The notes under the pieces were generated by a model. That model saw nothing but the letters and a program-made list of their open reading frames with translations. It did not search any database and had not been told where the DNA came from. A stretch of DNA of 64,000 bases from Pseudomonas aeruginosa PAO1 (GTDB lineage: Bacteria > Pseudomonadota > Gammaproteobacteria > Pseudomonadales > Pseudomonadaceae). The position numbers were made by a program, and so were the translations under genes. The stretch lies in the NCBI RefSeq assembly GCF_000006765.1, contig NC_002516.2. The stretch is one strand, 5' to 3'. This document shows, piece by piece, positions 41,255 through 51,323 of the stretch. Position 1 is the stretch's first letter. Each line of letters begins with the position of its first letter.

Positions 41255-41710
41255 ATCTGGACTCGCTTCTACGGGCTTCACTCGGGTACGGGGAACACGA
41301 ACATACCCCCGGCGCAGAGGCTTTCCAAGGCCACGGCGAACAACAGGTCATTGCCGGACCCGCAAGTATCGCCACTTGCACGGCGAAACCGGCGCGTCAC
41401 ATCCGGAACCGATCATTCGACGAATGGTCAGAAGGCCGGCGTCAAAATAGGTCACAATAGCCGCCGCTTTCGTAGGGGAATACGCTGGGAACGCCGATGA
41501 GTCCCCGATTTTCCTTCGTGAAGCCCGTTATCGCCGGGACAACCTGAATGCATCCAGGCCCGGAAGCAGTTGGCCGTTTCGTTTGACGGCCTGGTCGGAA
41601 GAGTCAGGAGGGCTCGTTCCGGTCACCCAGAAGACACTCCGATGAACAGAGAGTAACCACGAACCAGCGGAAGCCTGGACCGTTATTCACGCACGCGAAG
41701 ACATGCCGAA

Positions 41711-42307
41711 ATGCGTTCACCCTTTTTGACATGCCTGTCTGTAGGCTTCGCGGCCCTTCTGGCCGCCCTCTCGACGCCCAGCCTGGCTTCCAACCAGGTC
41801 ACCCACACCTTCAAGCCGTCGAAGAATTCCACCCTGTCGCCCAGCCGGGTCGTCAGCACCCGCCAGTCCGCCAACCGCTCGGTGGTCGCGGCCGCCGCTT
41901 CCGAAGTCACCGACCGCGCCTTCAGCATGATCGGCACCCCCTACCGCTGGGGCGGCACCACGCCGAAGAAAGGCTTCGATTGCAGCGGCCTGGTCAACTA
42001 TGTGTTCCAGGACGTCGATGACGTCGACCTGCCGCGGACCGCCCGCGCCATCTACAACATGGACAACAACAAGGTCTCCCGCGGCAAGCTGCAACCGGGC
42101 GACCTGGTGTTCTTCCGGATCCGCAGCCGCAGCGTCGACCACGTCGGCATCTACGTCGGCAACGACCGCTTCGTGCACGCGCCGCGGCGCGGCAAGAAGG
42201 TCCGCGTCTCCGACCTCAACAGCAGCTACTGGAAACGCCACTACCTGGCCGGCAAGCGCATCCTGCCGACCACCCTCGCCCAGGTCGAAAGCACCCGCAA
42301 GCGCTGA
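41711..42307 (+). CDS. NlpC/P60 (C40) cell-wall peptidase with signal peptide
   Basis: GTPYRWGG, GFDCSGL, PGDLVFF, HVGIY, FVHA. Confidence 0.92.
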   Translation: MRSPFLTCLSVGFAALLAALSTPSLASNQVTHTFKPSKNSTLSPSRVVSTRQSANRSVVAAAASEVTDRAFSMIGTPYRWGGTTPKKGFDCSGLVNYVFQDVDDVDLPRTARAIYNMDNNKVSRGKLQPGDLVFFRIRSRSVDHVGIYVGNDRFVHAPRRGKKVRVSDLNSSYWKRHYLAGKRILPTTLAQVESTRKR

Positions 42308-42327
42308 TTCCGGCGCCTGCGGCTCGC

Positions 42328-43227
42328 TCAGATGCCCCGCCGCGCCTGTTTCCTCAGCAGGCGCGCGCTGTCCCAGCCGGTCAACAGCACCGCCAGCCAG
42401 ATCGGCGCGTAGGTCCATAGCTGCTCGGGACGGAACGCCTCGCCGAGGAACAGTACCGCCACCAGGAACAGCAGCACCGGTTCGACGTAGCTGAGAATCC
42501 CGAACAGCCCCATCGGCAGCAGCCGGCTGGAAGCCATCATCGCGCCGAAGGCCAGCGCGCTGATCAGCCCCAGCATCGGCAGCAGCAGCCACAGGCGCGG
42601 CGCCTCGCGGAAGGCCTGGCTCTCGTCGCCCAGCCAGTACAGCGCGGCCAACGCCAGCGGCAGCAGGAAGAGCATCTCGAAGACGAACCCGGACAGCGCG
42701 TCCACGCCCATCCTGCGCCGCAGCATGAAGTACGGGGGATAGCCCAGCGCGGTGACCAGGGAGACCCAGGAGAACGCGCGGGTCAGCCAGAACTCGTGGA
42801 GCACCCCGGCCAGCGCGCAGGCCACGGCGATAGCCTGCAGCGGCGTCAGGCGCTCGCCGTAGAACACCCGCCCCACCAGCACCATCGCCAGCGGCAGGAG
42901 GAAGTAGCCCAGCGACAGTTCAAGGGTTTTCCCGGCCAACGGCGCCCAGATGAAGATGCCCCATTGCAGCAGCATCATCGCCGCGGTCAGCGGGAAGCAG
43001 GCCAGCAGCCAGGGCTCGGCGAACAGCCGGCACCAGGCGGCGCGCAGGGTCGGCCACTGGCGGGTGGCGACGACCAGCAGGAATACCATCGGGATCGACC
43101 AGACCACCCGATGCGCCACCACCTGCAGGCTGTCCAGCGGCTCCAGCAGGTGGACGTAGCCCGGCAGGGTAACGAACAGCACCGAGGCGGCCAGCGACAG
43201 CAGCACGCCCTGTCCGGAAATCCTCAT
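42328..43227 (-). CDS. rarD: RarD-family EamA transporter
   Basis: HRVVWS, SLGYFLLPL, LGYPPYFMLRR, GILSYVEP. Confidence 0.85.
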   Translation of the reverse strand: MRISGQGVLLSLAASVLFVTLPGYVHLLEPLDSLQVVAHRVVWSIPMVFLLVVATRQWPTLRAAWCRLFAEPWLLACFPLTAAMMLLQWGIFIWAPLAGKTLELSLGYFLLPLAMVLVGRVFYGERLTPLQAIAVACALAGVLHEFWLTRAFSWVSLVTALGYPPYFMLRRRMGVDALSGFVFEMLFLLPLALAALYWLGDESQAFREAPRLWLLLPMLGLISALAFGAMMASSRLLPMGLFGILSYVEPVLLFLVAVLFLGEAFRPEQLWTYAPIWLAVLLTGWDSARLLRKQARRGI

Positions 43228-44084
43228 GCACGCACCTCGCGCCGGCCGAGCCGGTTGACCCACAGCGAAGCGACGATCACCGCGCCGCCCAGGGCCAGGC
43301 GCGGCAGGTCGGCGTGCTGGTTCCAGATCAGCAGGTTGAGCAGCAACCCGACCGGCACGTGCAGGTTGTTCATCACCGCCAGGGTACCGGCGTCCACCTC
43401 GGTGGCGCCCTTGTTCCACCAGAACTGGCCGAGGGCGGTGGCCAGCAGCCCCATCCATACCAGTACGCCCCATTGCAGCTCGCCGGCCGGCAGGCGCTGC
43501 GGATCGCCGAACAGCAGCCAGGCAGGCAACGCCACCAGCAGCGCGCCAACGAAGAAATAACCGAAGCGCTGGCGCTGCGGCAGCTCGGACGGGTACTTGC
43601 GCACCAGGCGCTTGTACAGCACCTGGCCGGCGGCGAAGGTGGCGTTGGCCAGTTGCAGCAGCAGGAAGCCCTGGAGGAACTCGCCGGTGATCCCGTCGTA
43701 GCGGATGATCGCCGCGCCCAGCACCGCCACCAGCGCGGCGGCCAGGGCCCAGAAGTTGAAGCGGCGGTTGAGCAGGTCGTCGAACAGGGCCACGTGGACC
43801 GGCGTCAGCACGGTGAACAGCAGCACCTCGGGCACCGTCAGCACGTTGAAGCTCAGGTACAGGCAGACGTAGGTGATGCCGAACTGCAGCGCGCCGACCA
43901 GCATCACCCCACCGACGAAACGCGGTTCGACGCCGCGCCAGCGGGTCAGCGGGAGAAACACCAGGCCAGCGAGAAGGACCCGGGTAAGCACGGCGAAGTA
44001 GCTGTCGACCTGGCCGGCGAGGTACTCGCCGATCAGGTTGAAGGAGAACGCCCAGAGGACGGTGACGAACAGTAGATAACGCAT
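43224..44084 (-). CDS. EamA/DMT carboxylate/amino acid/amine transporter
   Basis: MRYLLFVTVLWAFSFNLIGEYLAGQVD; about 10 TM; ATGA overlap with rarD. Confidence 0.85.
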   Translation of the reverse strand: MRYLLFVTVLWAFSFNLIGEYLAGQVDSYFAVLTRVLLAGLVFLPLTRWRGVEPRFVGGVMLVGALQFGITYVCLYLSFNVLTVPEVLLFTVLTPVHVALFDDLLNRRFNFWALAAALVAVLGAAIIRYDGITGEFLQGFLLLQLANATFAAGQVLYKRLVRKYPSELPQRQRFGYFFVGALLVALPAWLLFGDPQRLPAGELQWGVLVWMGLLATALGQFWWNKGATEVDAGTLAVMNNLHVPVGLLLNLLIWNQHADLPRLALGGAVIVASLWVNRLGRREVRA

Positions 44085-44177
44085 GGACCAGGCACCAGGA
44101 TGGGGCGCCGACCATAACGTTTTTGCCGCCGCCAAGGAAGGCCGCGCGGGCCCGCGGCCACCCTCGCCGCCCCTGTA

Positions 44178-44984
44178 TTACTTGCCGTGCGCGGTGGGCC
44201 AGCGGTATTCGAGCCAGTGCTCCATGCGCTGGCGCAACAAGCCGCTCTGCTCGGCGATGTGCAGCCACTGGTCGACGTAGCGCTTGAAGGCCTCGTCGCG
44301 CGGCAGCAGGTAGGCCTTCTCGGCGAAGTCGAAGGGTTGCTGCGGATGCACGGCGCAGAGTTCCGGGTGCAGACGCGACTGCAGGCGGGCCTCGATGGCG
44401 TCGGTCATCATCAGGTCGGCCTTGCCGTCGACGATCTGCTGGAAGATCGTCACGTTGTCCGGATGCACCAGGATCCGGGCCTTCTTCAGGTTCGCCCGGG
44501 CGAACTTCTCGTTGGTGCCGCCGGGGTTGACGATGGCCGTCACGCCCGGCTGGTCGATCTGCTCCAGGGTCTGGAAACGCGCTTCTTCGCTACAGAGGGT
44601 GATCGGCGTCTTGCCGTCGCGCAGGTAGGGAATCGAGAAATACGCCTGGCGCTGGCGCTCCAGGTTGATCGAGATGCCGCTCATGGCGATGTCGAAGCGG
44701 TCGTCGGCGAAATCGCGCATCAGGTTCGGCCAACTGGTCGGCACCACTACCAGCTTGGCCCCCAGGCTCTCGGCCAGGCGCTGCGCCATGTCCACGTCGA
44801 AACCGGCGTAACCGCCCTCTTCCGTGCGGTAGCTGAAGGGCTTGTAGTCGCCAGTGGTGGCGACGCGCAGCACGCCGCTTTCGAGGATGCGGTCGAGGCG
44901 GCTCTCCTGCGCCTGGAGGCTGGCGCTGGCCAGCAGCGCAAGGCAGGCCAGGGCCTGGACGAGATGGCGGAATGACTTCGGCAT
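44178..44984 (-). CDS. pheC: Periplasmic cyclohexadienyl dehydratase
   Basis: Signal peptide + SBP family 3 fold (TTGDYKPFS, NPGGTNE, MTDAIEA); position next to rhlI. Confidence 0.92.
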   Translation of the reverse strand: MPKSFRHLVQALACLALLASASLQAQESRLDRILESGVLRVATTGDYKPFSYRTEEGGYAGFDVDMAQRLAESLGAKLVVVPTSWPNLMRDFADDRFDIAMSGISINLERQRQAYFSIPYLRDGKTPITLCSEEARFQTLEQIDQPGVTAIVNPGGTNEKFARANLKKARILVHPDNVTIFQQIVDGKADLMMTDAIEARLQSRLHPELCAVHPQQPFDFAEKAYLLPRDEAFKRYVDQWLHIAEQSGLLRQRMEHWLEYRWPTAHGK

Positions 44985-45138
44985 GGCGACTCCTCGGGAT
45001 GGCGGACCGCAGAGAGACTACGCAAGTCGGCAGCCGCGGCCAAATCCCGGAATGCAGGGGAACGCCCGATGACGCCGGGGCGCGGGCCGAGCATGCGGCA
45101 GGAGAAGCGGAAAAAAGTGCGCGAAACGGCTGACGACC

Positions 45139-45744
45139 TCACACCGCCATCGACAGCGGTACGCCCTGCAGCCATTCCGGGTGGTAGCGCAGCAGCATCT
45201 CCAGGCCGCGCTCCTGGTAGGCCGGGAAGCTGATCGCGACCAGCGTCTCGCCCTTGACCTTCTGCGGCGGGCCGAGGCGCTGGAGGATCACGCCGTTGCG
45301 AACGAAATAGCGCTCCATGGCCGTGGTGGTCACCGCCACCACCGAACTGGCGCCCAGGTACCAGGCGCATTGCAGGCTGGACCAGAATATCTTCATCGCC
45401 AGCTGCGGATCGTCCGCCGCGCTGGCGGCGTAGCGCGAAAGCTCCCAGACCGACGGATCGCTCGGCGGGGTTTCGCTGCACAGGTAGGCGAAGACGTCCT
45501 TGAGCAGGTAGGCGTCGGTCGTCGGCAGCAGGCGGGCGCAACCGCAGATGCCCTGGCGGCTCATGGCGACGATGTAGCGGGTTTGCGGATGGTCGAACTG
45601 GTCGAATTCCTGGTCGCGGACCCTGGAGGTGGAGACCACGTCCCAGCCCAGCTTCTCGATGAAGACCTGATGCCGGTAGCGTCCCAGCTCGGCGATCATG
45701 GCGGCGGAAAGCCCTTCCAGCGATTCAGAGAGCAATTCGATCAT
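45139..45744 (-). CDS. rhlI: C4-HSL synthase
   Basis: MIELLSESLEG...RHQVFIEKLGW..EFDQFD..RLLPTT..WELSR; 201 aa. Confidence 0.98.
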   Translation of the reverse strand: MIELLSESLEGLSAAMIAELGRYRHQVFIEKLGWDVVSTSRVRDQEFDQFDHPQTRYIVAMSRQGICGCARLLPTTDAYLLKDVFAYLCSETPPSDPSVWELSRYAASAADDPQLAMKIFWSSLQCAWYLGASSVVAVTTTAMERYFVRNGVILQRLGPPQKVKGETLVAISFPAYQERGLEMLLRYHPEWLQGVPLSMAV

Positions 45745-45773
45745 GACCAAGTCCCCGTGTCGTGCCGGCCGAG

Positions 45774-45843
45774 AAAAAAAAGGCGGCATCCCTACCCTGA
45801 TACTCCTGGGCCCTCTCAGTCGGAGGACATACCAGCACACACA
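45774..45843 (-). ncRNA. rhlS: RhlS sRNA from the rhlI 5' leader (approximate ends)
   Basis: About 70 nt between the expected rhlI TSS and a U8 tract about 30 nt before the ATG; identity from established knowledge. Confidence 0.65.
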
Positions 45844-45879
45844 TGAGGGGGAAGACTAAAGGAGGATGAACGGCAGGCA

Positions 45880-45899
45880 ACCTGCCAGATCTGGTAGGG
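45880..45899 (-). promoter_or_regulatory. las-rhl box of rhlI
   Basis: CCCTACCAGATCTGGCAGGT = NNCT-N12-AGNN. Confidence 0.9.
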
Positions 45900-45924
45900 C
45901 GCGCCGACCGGCGCGCCCTGCGCT

Positions 45925-46650
45925 TCAGATGAGACCCAGCGCCGCGGCGTAGGCGGCAGCCAGCGTCTTGTTCGGCGCGTCGAACTTCTTCTGGATGTTC
46001 TTGTGGTGGAAGTTCACCGTGCTCTCGGAGATGCTCAGGATGATGGCGATTTCCCCGGAACTCTTGCCGTCGGCGGTCCATTGCAGGATCTCGCGTTCGC
46101 GATGGCTCAGGCAGACCGGGTTGGACATCAGCATCGGATGCTCCAGGTCGGTCAGCTTCTGGGTCAGCAACTCGATCATGCAACGCAGCCGCAGGCGGAT
46201 TTCCTCGCGCTCGAAGCTGGAGATGTTCTGCTGGTCGCGCGCCACGGAAAGCACGCTGAGCAAATTGTTCGGCGCGCGGATCGGCAAGGTCGCGCCGACA
46301 CAGAGGCCCCAATCGCGAGCCTCGTTCCAGAGCATCCGGCTCTGGTCGAACAGGCTGTCGCTCCAGACCACCATTTCCGAGGAGCGCAGGCCGTTGAGGA
46401 TCGCCGGATCCACGGCCCCGTAGTTCTGCATCTGGTATCGCTCCAGCCAGGCCTTGGGATAGGTGCCATGGACCTCGGTCTTCGGCCGGGTGAAGGGAAT
46501 CGTGTGGCGCACGCCATAGGCGTAGTAATCGAAGCCCAGGCGCCGCACTTCCTTTTCCAGGACGGCGAACACGCCCTGGCTGTCGTGGATCGGCTGCATC
46601 TCGCTACGCAAACCGTCCCACCACAGCAAAAAGCCTCCGTCATTCCTCAT
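45925..46650 (-). CDS. rhlR: LuxR-family quorum-sensing regulator
   Basis: MRNDGGFLLWW; W..RY..DP AHL pocket; C-terminal HTH. Confidence 0.98.
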   Translation of the reverse strand: MRNDGGFLLWWDGLRSEMQPIHDSQGVFAVLEKEVRRLGFDYYAYGVRHTIPFTRPKTEVHGTYPKAWLERYQMQNYGAVDPAILNGLRSSEMVVWSDSLFDQSRMLWNEARDWGLCVGATLPIRAPNNLLSVLSVARDQQNISSFEREEIRLRLRCMIELLTQKLTDLEHPMLMSNPVCLSHREREILQWTADGKSSGEIAIILSISESTVNFHHKNIQKKFDAPNKTLAAAYAAALGLI

Positions 46651-46685
46651 TGCAGTAAGCCCTGATCGATAAAATGCATCACAGC

Positions 46686-46714
46686 AGAATTGGCCCGGGG
46701 TATGACGCTGTCAA
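46686..46714 (-). promoter_or_regulatory. sigma70-like promoter upstream of rhlR
   Basis: TTGACA-N17-AATTCT on the minus strand. Confidence 0.45.
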
Positions 46715-46774
46715 GCGCGCAGCCTTGCCGATACGGCAAAATCATGGCAACCCTATCTGTTATGCCAGCACCGT

Positions 46775-48055
46775 TCAGGACGCAGCCTTCAGCCATCGAG
46801 CATCCCCCTCCCTATGACAACGTTCGACCACCTGGGCCGCTTTACCGCAAGCGATACTGTGCGGTTGTGACAATTCCATGAAACGCCGACAGGCCGCCGC
46901 CATGGCCGGGTCCTCGAGCAAGCGCCACAGCGCCCCGCGCAACTCCTGCTCGCGCAACGGCACGCCCAGGCGCATCCCGCAGCCGAGCCGGACCAGCCGT
47001 TCGGCATTGTCGAACTGGTCGTGGGCACAGGGCAGCAGCACCTGCGGCACCCCCGCCGCCAAGGCTAGGCTCATGGCGCCGATACCGCCCGGATGGACCA
47101 GCCCGGCGCACGATGGCAGCAAGGCTCCCAGTGGCGCGTAGGCGCGCTGCAGCACGTGGTTCGGCAAGCCGCGCAGCGGTTCCTGGCCGGCGCCGGTGAG
47201 GAAGATCCCACGCGCGCCGAGGCGTTCCAGCGCGCGCAGGGCCATGGCGTAGAAGTCGCCCTGCAGGTGTTCGGTCGAGCCCTGGGTGAACACCAGCGGC
47301 CGGCTGCCCTGATCGAGAAAGCGTTGCAGTTCGTCGTCGAGCGGGGTCCCCGGGATACTGCCGTCGAACAGCGGGAAGCCGGTCATGTGCAGGGGTTGCG
47401 GCCAATCCTGCTGGGGCGGCGCGAACCAGGCCGGGAACAGGCAGACCACGCCCTGCGGCGAATGCATCCATTGGGTGAAGATGCGCTTCACCGGCGTTTC
47501 CAGGCCGACCTTGCGGCGCACCGCGTTGATCTCCGGCGCGCAGGTGCGATCCAGCTTGAAGCGCTCGATGCAGCGCCAGAGCAGCTTGCGCATCGCCAGC
47601 GGCATCTGCTCGGGCACGTTGAACTTGGGGTGTACCGGCGGCAGGTGCGCCGACAACAGGGTCGATGGCGAGACCTGCGCGGACAGGTAGGGAATCCCGT
47701 ACTTCTCGTGAGCGATGCGTGCGCCCAGCGCCCATAGCGAGCCGACCACCACGATGTCGTCATGGCGCTGCGCCGAGACGTACTCGTAGACCGGCTCGAT
47801 CATCCCGGCGATGGCTTGCCAGAGCACGCCGAAGGACGTCTTGGGGTCCCACAGGCGCGGATCGCCCATGGTCCGGCGGTAGGTCAGTTCGTCGCTCAGC
47901 GGGACGAACGCGATGCCGTGCTGCTCCACCGCGTCGCGAAACACCGGGATGGTGCAGAGGCTCACGCGGTGCCCGCGCAGTTTCAGGGTCCGGGCCAGGC
48001 CGATGAAGGGAAATACGTCGCCGGCCGAGCCGATGGCGATGAGGATGGCGTGCAT
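46775..48055 (-). CDS. rhlB: Rhamnosyltransferase I
   Basis: GSAGDVFP, HPGGIGA, HDQFDNA GT-B motifs; 426 aa. Confidence 0.98.
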   Translation of the reverse strand: MHAILIAIGSAGDVFPFIGLARTLKLRGHRVSLCTIPVFRDAVEQHGIAFVPLSDELTYRRTMGDPRLWDPKTSFGVLWQAIAGMIEPVYEYVSAQRHDDIVVVGSLWALGARIAHEKYGIPYLSAQVSPSTLLSAHLPPVHPKFNVPEQMPLAMRKLLWRCIERFKLDRTCAPEINAVRRKVGLETPVKRIFTQWMHSPQGVVCLFPAWFAPPQQDWPQPLHMTGFPLFDGSIPGTPLDDELQRFLDQGSRPLVFTQGSTEHLQGDFYAMALRALERLGARGIFLTGAGQEPLRGLPNHVLQRAYAPLGALLPSCAGLVHPGGIGAMSLALAAGVPQVLLPCAHDQFDNAERLVRLGCGMRLGVPLREQELRGALWRLLEDPAMAAACRRFMELSQPHSIACGKAAQVVERCHREGDARWLKAAS

Positions 48056-48120
48056 GGGGCTACTCCGTGCGTTATGCAACCGCAAAGCCCGGCCAGGCCG
48101 GGTCTTCGCAGGTCAAGGGT

Positions 48121-49060
<940 letters not shown>

Positions 49061-49268
49061 TATCCCGGCATTACGTAGAGTTCGTTCTTATTGTTCGAAC
49101 GGCAGACAAGTAACTCAGCGGCCATCCGCGCGGACCAGCCACGGCGGATGCGTACCCCTTCAGGCGAGGGGCTTGTGTGGGTCTTGCAGATCGGCCTGCG
49201 CAAACGATTGGCGTCCGTGTTCACGCGTAGCCGATGAACACTTTTTAGCCAATTCGAAAGCTAACGGT

Positions 49269-49288
49269 AACTGCCAGATTTCACAGGA
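49269..49288 (-). promoter_or_regulatory. las-rhl box of rhlA
   Basis: TCCTGTGAAATCTGGCAGTT = NNCT-N12-AGNN. Confidence 0.9.
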
Positions 49289-49383
49289 CGGGCGGCCGCC
49301 TGCGCATAAGCCCCTGCCCGCCCGCGATAAGGCGTGCCAGAGCGGCCGGCGGGGAACAGCGAGGGGTTGGCGGAAAAGGCATG

Positions 49384-49409
49384 AAAAAACCGGGCGCCAG
49401 GCCCGGTTT
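49384..49409 (-). terminator. dcd terminator
   Basis: AAACCGGGC-loop-GCCCGGTTT with T6 on the minus strand. Confidence 0.8.
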
Positions 49410-49431
49410 CCGGTGTCGAAACGCTCTGGCG

Positions 49432-49998
49432 TCAGGCTTTTGGCAGGGTCACGCCGCGCTGGCCCTGGTATTTGCCGCCACGGTCCTTATAGGACACTTC
49501 GCAGGCCTCGTCGGATTGCAGGAAGAGCATCTGCGCCACGCCTTCATTGGCGTAGATCTTCGCCGGCAGGTTGGTGGTATTGGAGAACTCGAGGGTCACA
49601 TGGCCTTCCCACTCCGGCTCCAGCGGGGTGACGTTGACGATGATGCCGCAACGCGCGTAGGTGCTCTTGCCCAGGCAGATGGTCAGGACGTCGCGCGGGA
49701 TGCGGAAGTACTCGACGGTGCGCGCCAGGGCGAAGGAGTTCGGCGGGATGATGCAGACGTCGCTGTTGATGTCGACGAAGCTTTTCTCGTCGAAGTTCTT
49801 CGGATCGACCACCGCCGAATGGATGTTGGTGAACACCTTGAATTCGGCGGCGCAGCGCACGTCGTAGCCGTAGCTGGACACCCCGTAGGAAATCACCCGG
49901 CTGTCGTCCGCGCCGCGCACCTGGCGCTCGACGAACGGCTCGATCATGCCGTGCTCCTGAGCCATGCGGCGAATCCACTTGTCCGATTTGATGGTCAT
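49432..49998 (-). CDS. dcd: dCTP deaminase
   Basis: [36 protein letters not shown]. Confidence 0.95.
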
Positions 49999-50098
49999 GG
50001 AGGGTGTCCTGTCGAAAGCTGCGAAAAATGATCGCGAATCTTACCGGGGCCGCCGCCCCAGGGCAAAGGCAGCCGTCGCCGACGGCTGCCCGATCGCC

Positions 50099-51193
50099 TC
50101 AGTCGTCGCTGATGCTGATGTTCGGCAGGCCGACGCTGGCCCGCTCGCTGAGAACGATGCGCGCGCCGACATGGCGGGCGATTTCCTGGTAGAGCATCGC
50201 CAGTTGGCTTTCCGGATCGGCGATCACCGTCGGCCGGCCGCTGTCGGCCTGGGTGCGGATGGCGATCGACAGCGGCATGGACGCCAGCAGCTCGACGCCG
50301 AACTGCGCCGCCAGCTTCTCGCCGCCGCCCTCGCCGAACAGGTGCTCGGCATGGCCGCAGTTGGAGCAGATATGCACCGCCATGTTCTCCACCACGCCGA
50401 GCACCGGGATGTTCACCTTGCGGAACATCTCCACGCCCTTCTTCGCGTCGAGCAGCGCCAGGTCCTGCGGGGTGGTGACGATCACCGCGCCGGCCACCGG
50501 CACCTTCTGCGCCAGGGTCAGCTGGATGTCGCCGGTGCCCGGCGGCATGTCCACCACCAGGTAGTCGAGGTTGTCCCAGGCGGTCTGGGTGATCAGTTGG
50601 ATCAGGGCACCGGAGACCATCGGCCCGCGCCAGACCACCGGCGTGCTGTCGTCGGTGAGGAAGGCCATCGACATCACCTGCACCCCGTGCGCCTCCAGGG
50701 GCTCGAACCACTTCTGCTCACGGACCTTCGGCCGGGTGCCTTCCGGCAGGCCGAACATGATGCCCTGGCTGGGTCCGTAGATGTCCGCGTCGAGGATGCC
50801 CACCCGCGCACCCTCGCGGGCCAAGGCCAGGGCCAGGTTGGCGGCGGTGGTGGACTTGCCGACGCCGCCCTTGCCGGAAGCCACCGCGACGATGTTCTTC
50901 ACGTTGCCCATCACCTCGACCTGCGGCTGTGCCTTGTGCGGCTGGATCACGCAGTCGACCCGGACCTCGGCGCGAGCGACGCCGTCGAGCGCCTCCAGGG
51001 CCATTTGCAGGGTTTGCGCCAGGCCGTTTCTGAACAGCCCGGCGGCGTACCCCAGTTCCAGGCGCACCCGCACGCGGTCGCCCTGGATCTCCACCTCGCG
51101 CAGGCAGCCGGCGCTGACGGGGTCCTGGTTCAGATAGGGGTCCTGGTACTGGCGGAGGGTGGCTTCCACCGTTTGGCGAGTGATAGCGGACAT
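50099..51193 (-). CDS. apbC: Fe-S cluster carrier ApbC/Mrp
   Basis: SGKGGVGKST, DADIYGPS, VWRGPM, DMPPGTGD, CSNC. Confidence 0.95.
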   Translation of the reverse strand: MSAITRQTVEATLRQYQDPYLNQDPVSAGCLREVEIQGDRVRVRLELGYAAGLFRNGLAQTLQMALEALDGVARAEVRVDCVIQPHKAQPQVEVMGNVKNIVAVASGKGGVGKSTTAANLALALAREGARVGILDADIYGPSQGIMFGLPEGTRPKVREQKWFEPLEAHGVQVMSMAFLTDDSTPVVWRGPMVSGALIQLITQTAWDNLDYLVVDMPPGTGDIQLTLAQKVPVAGAVIVTTPQDLALLDAKKGVEMFRKVNIPVLGVVENMAVHICSNCGHAEHLFGEGGGEKLAAQFGVELLASMPLSIAIRTQADSGRPTVIADPESQLAMLYQEIARHVGARIVLSERASVGLPNISISDD

Positions 51194-51323
51194 GGGGGAT
51201 TTCCTGAGGGTTAAGCGGGGAATCGATGCCGGTCATCCTACCCGAGTGGCGCGCGGATGAAAAAAAACCGCCGCTTCTTTATAGTGACCGATCCGTTTAG
51301 CTCTCAGCCGATAAGCCGAACCC

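Noticed and set aside
41470-41710. RsmY/Z-like RNA or riboswitch before the NlpC/P60 gene
   Set aside because: About eight GGA triplets and a few short hairpins, only modestly above chance at this GC; GGAs are mostly not in loops and no known riboswitch core is present.
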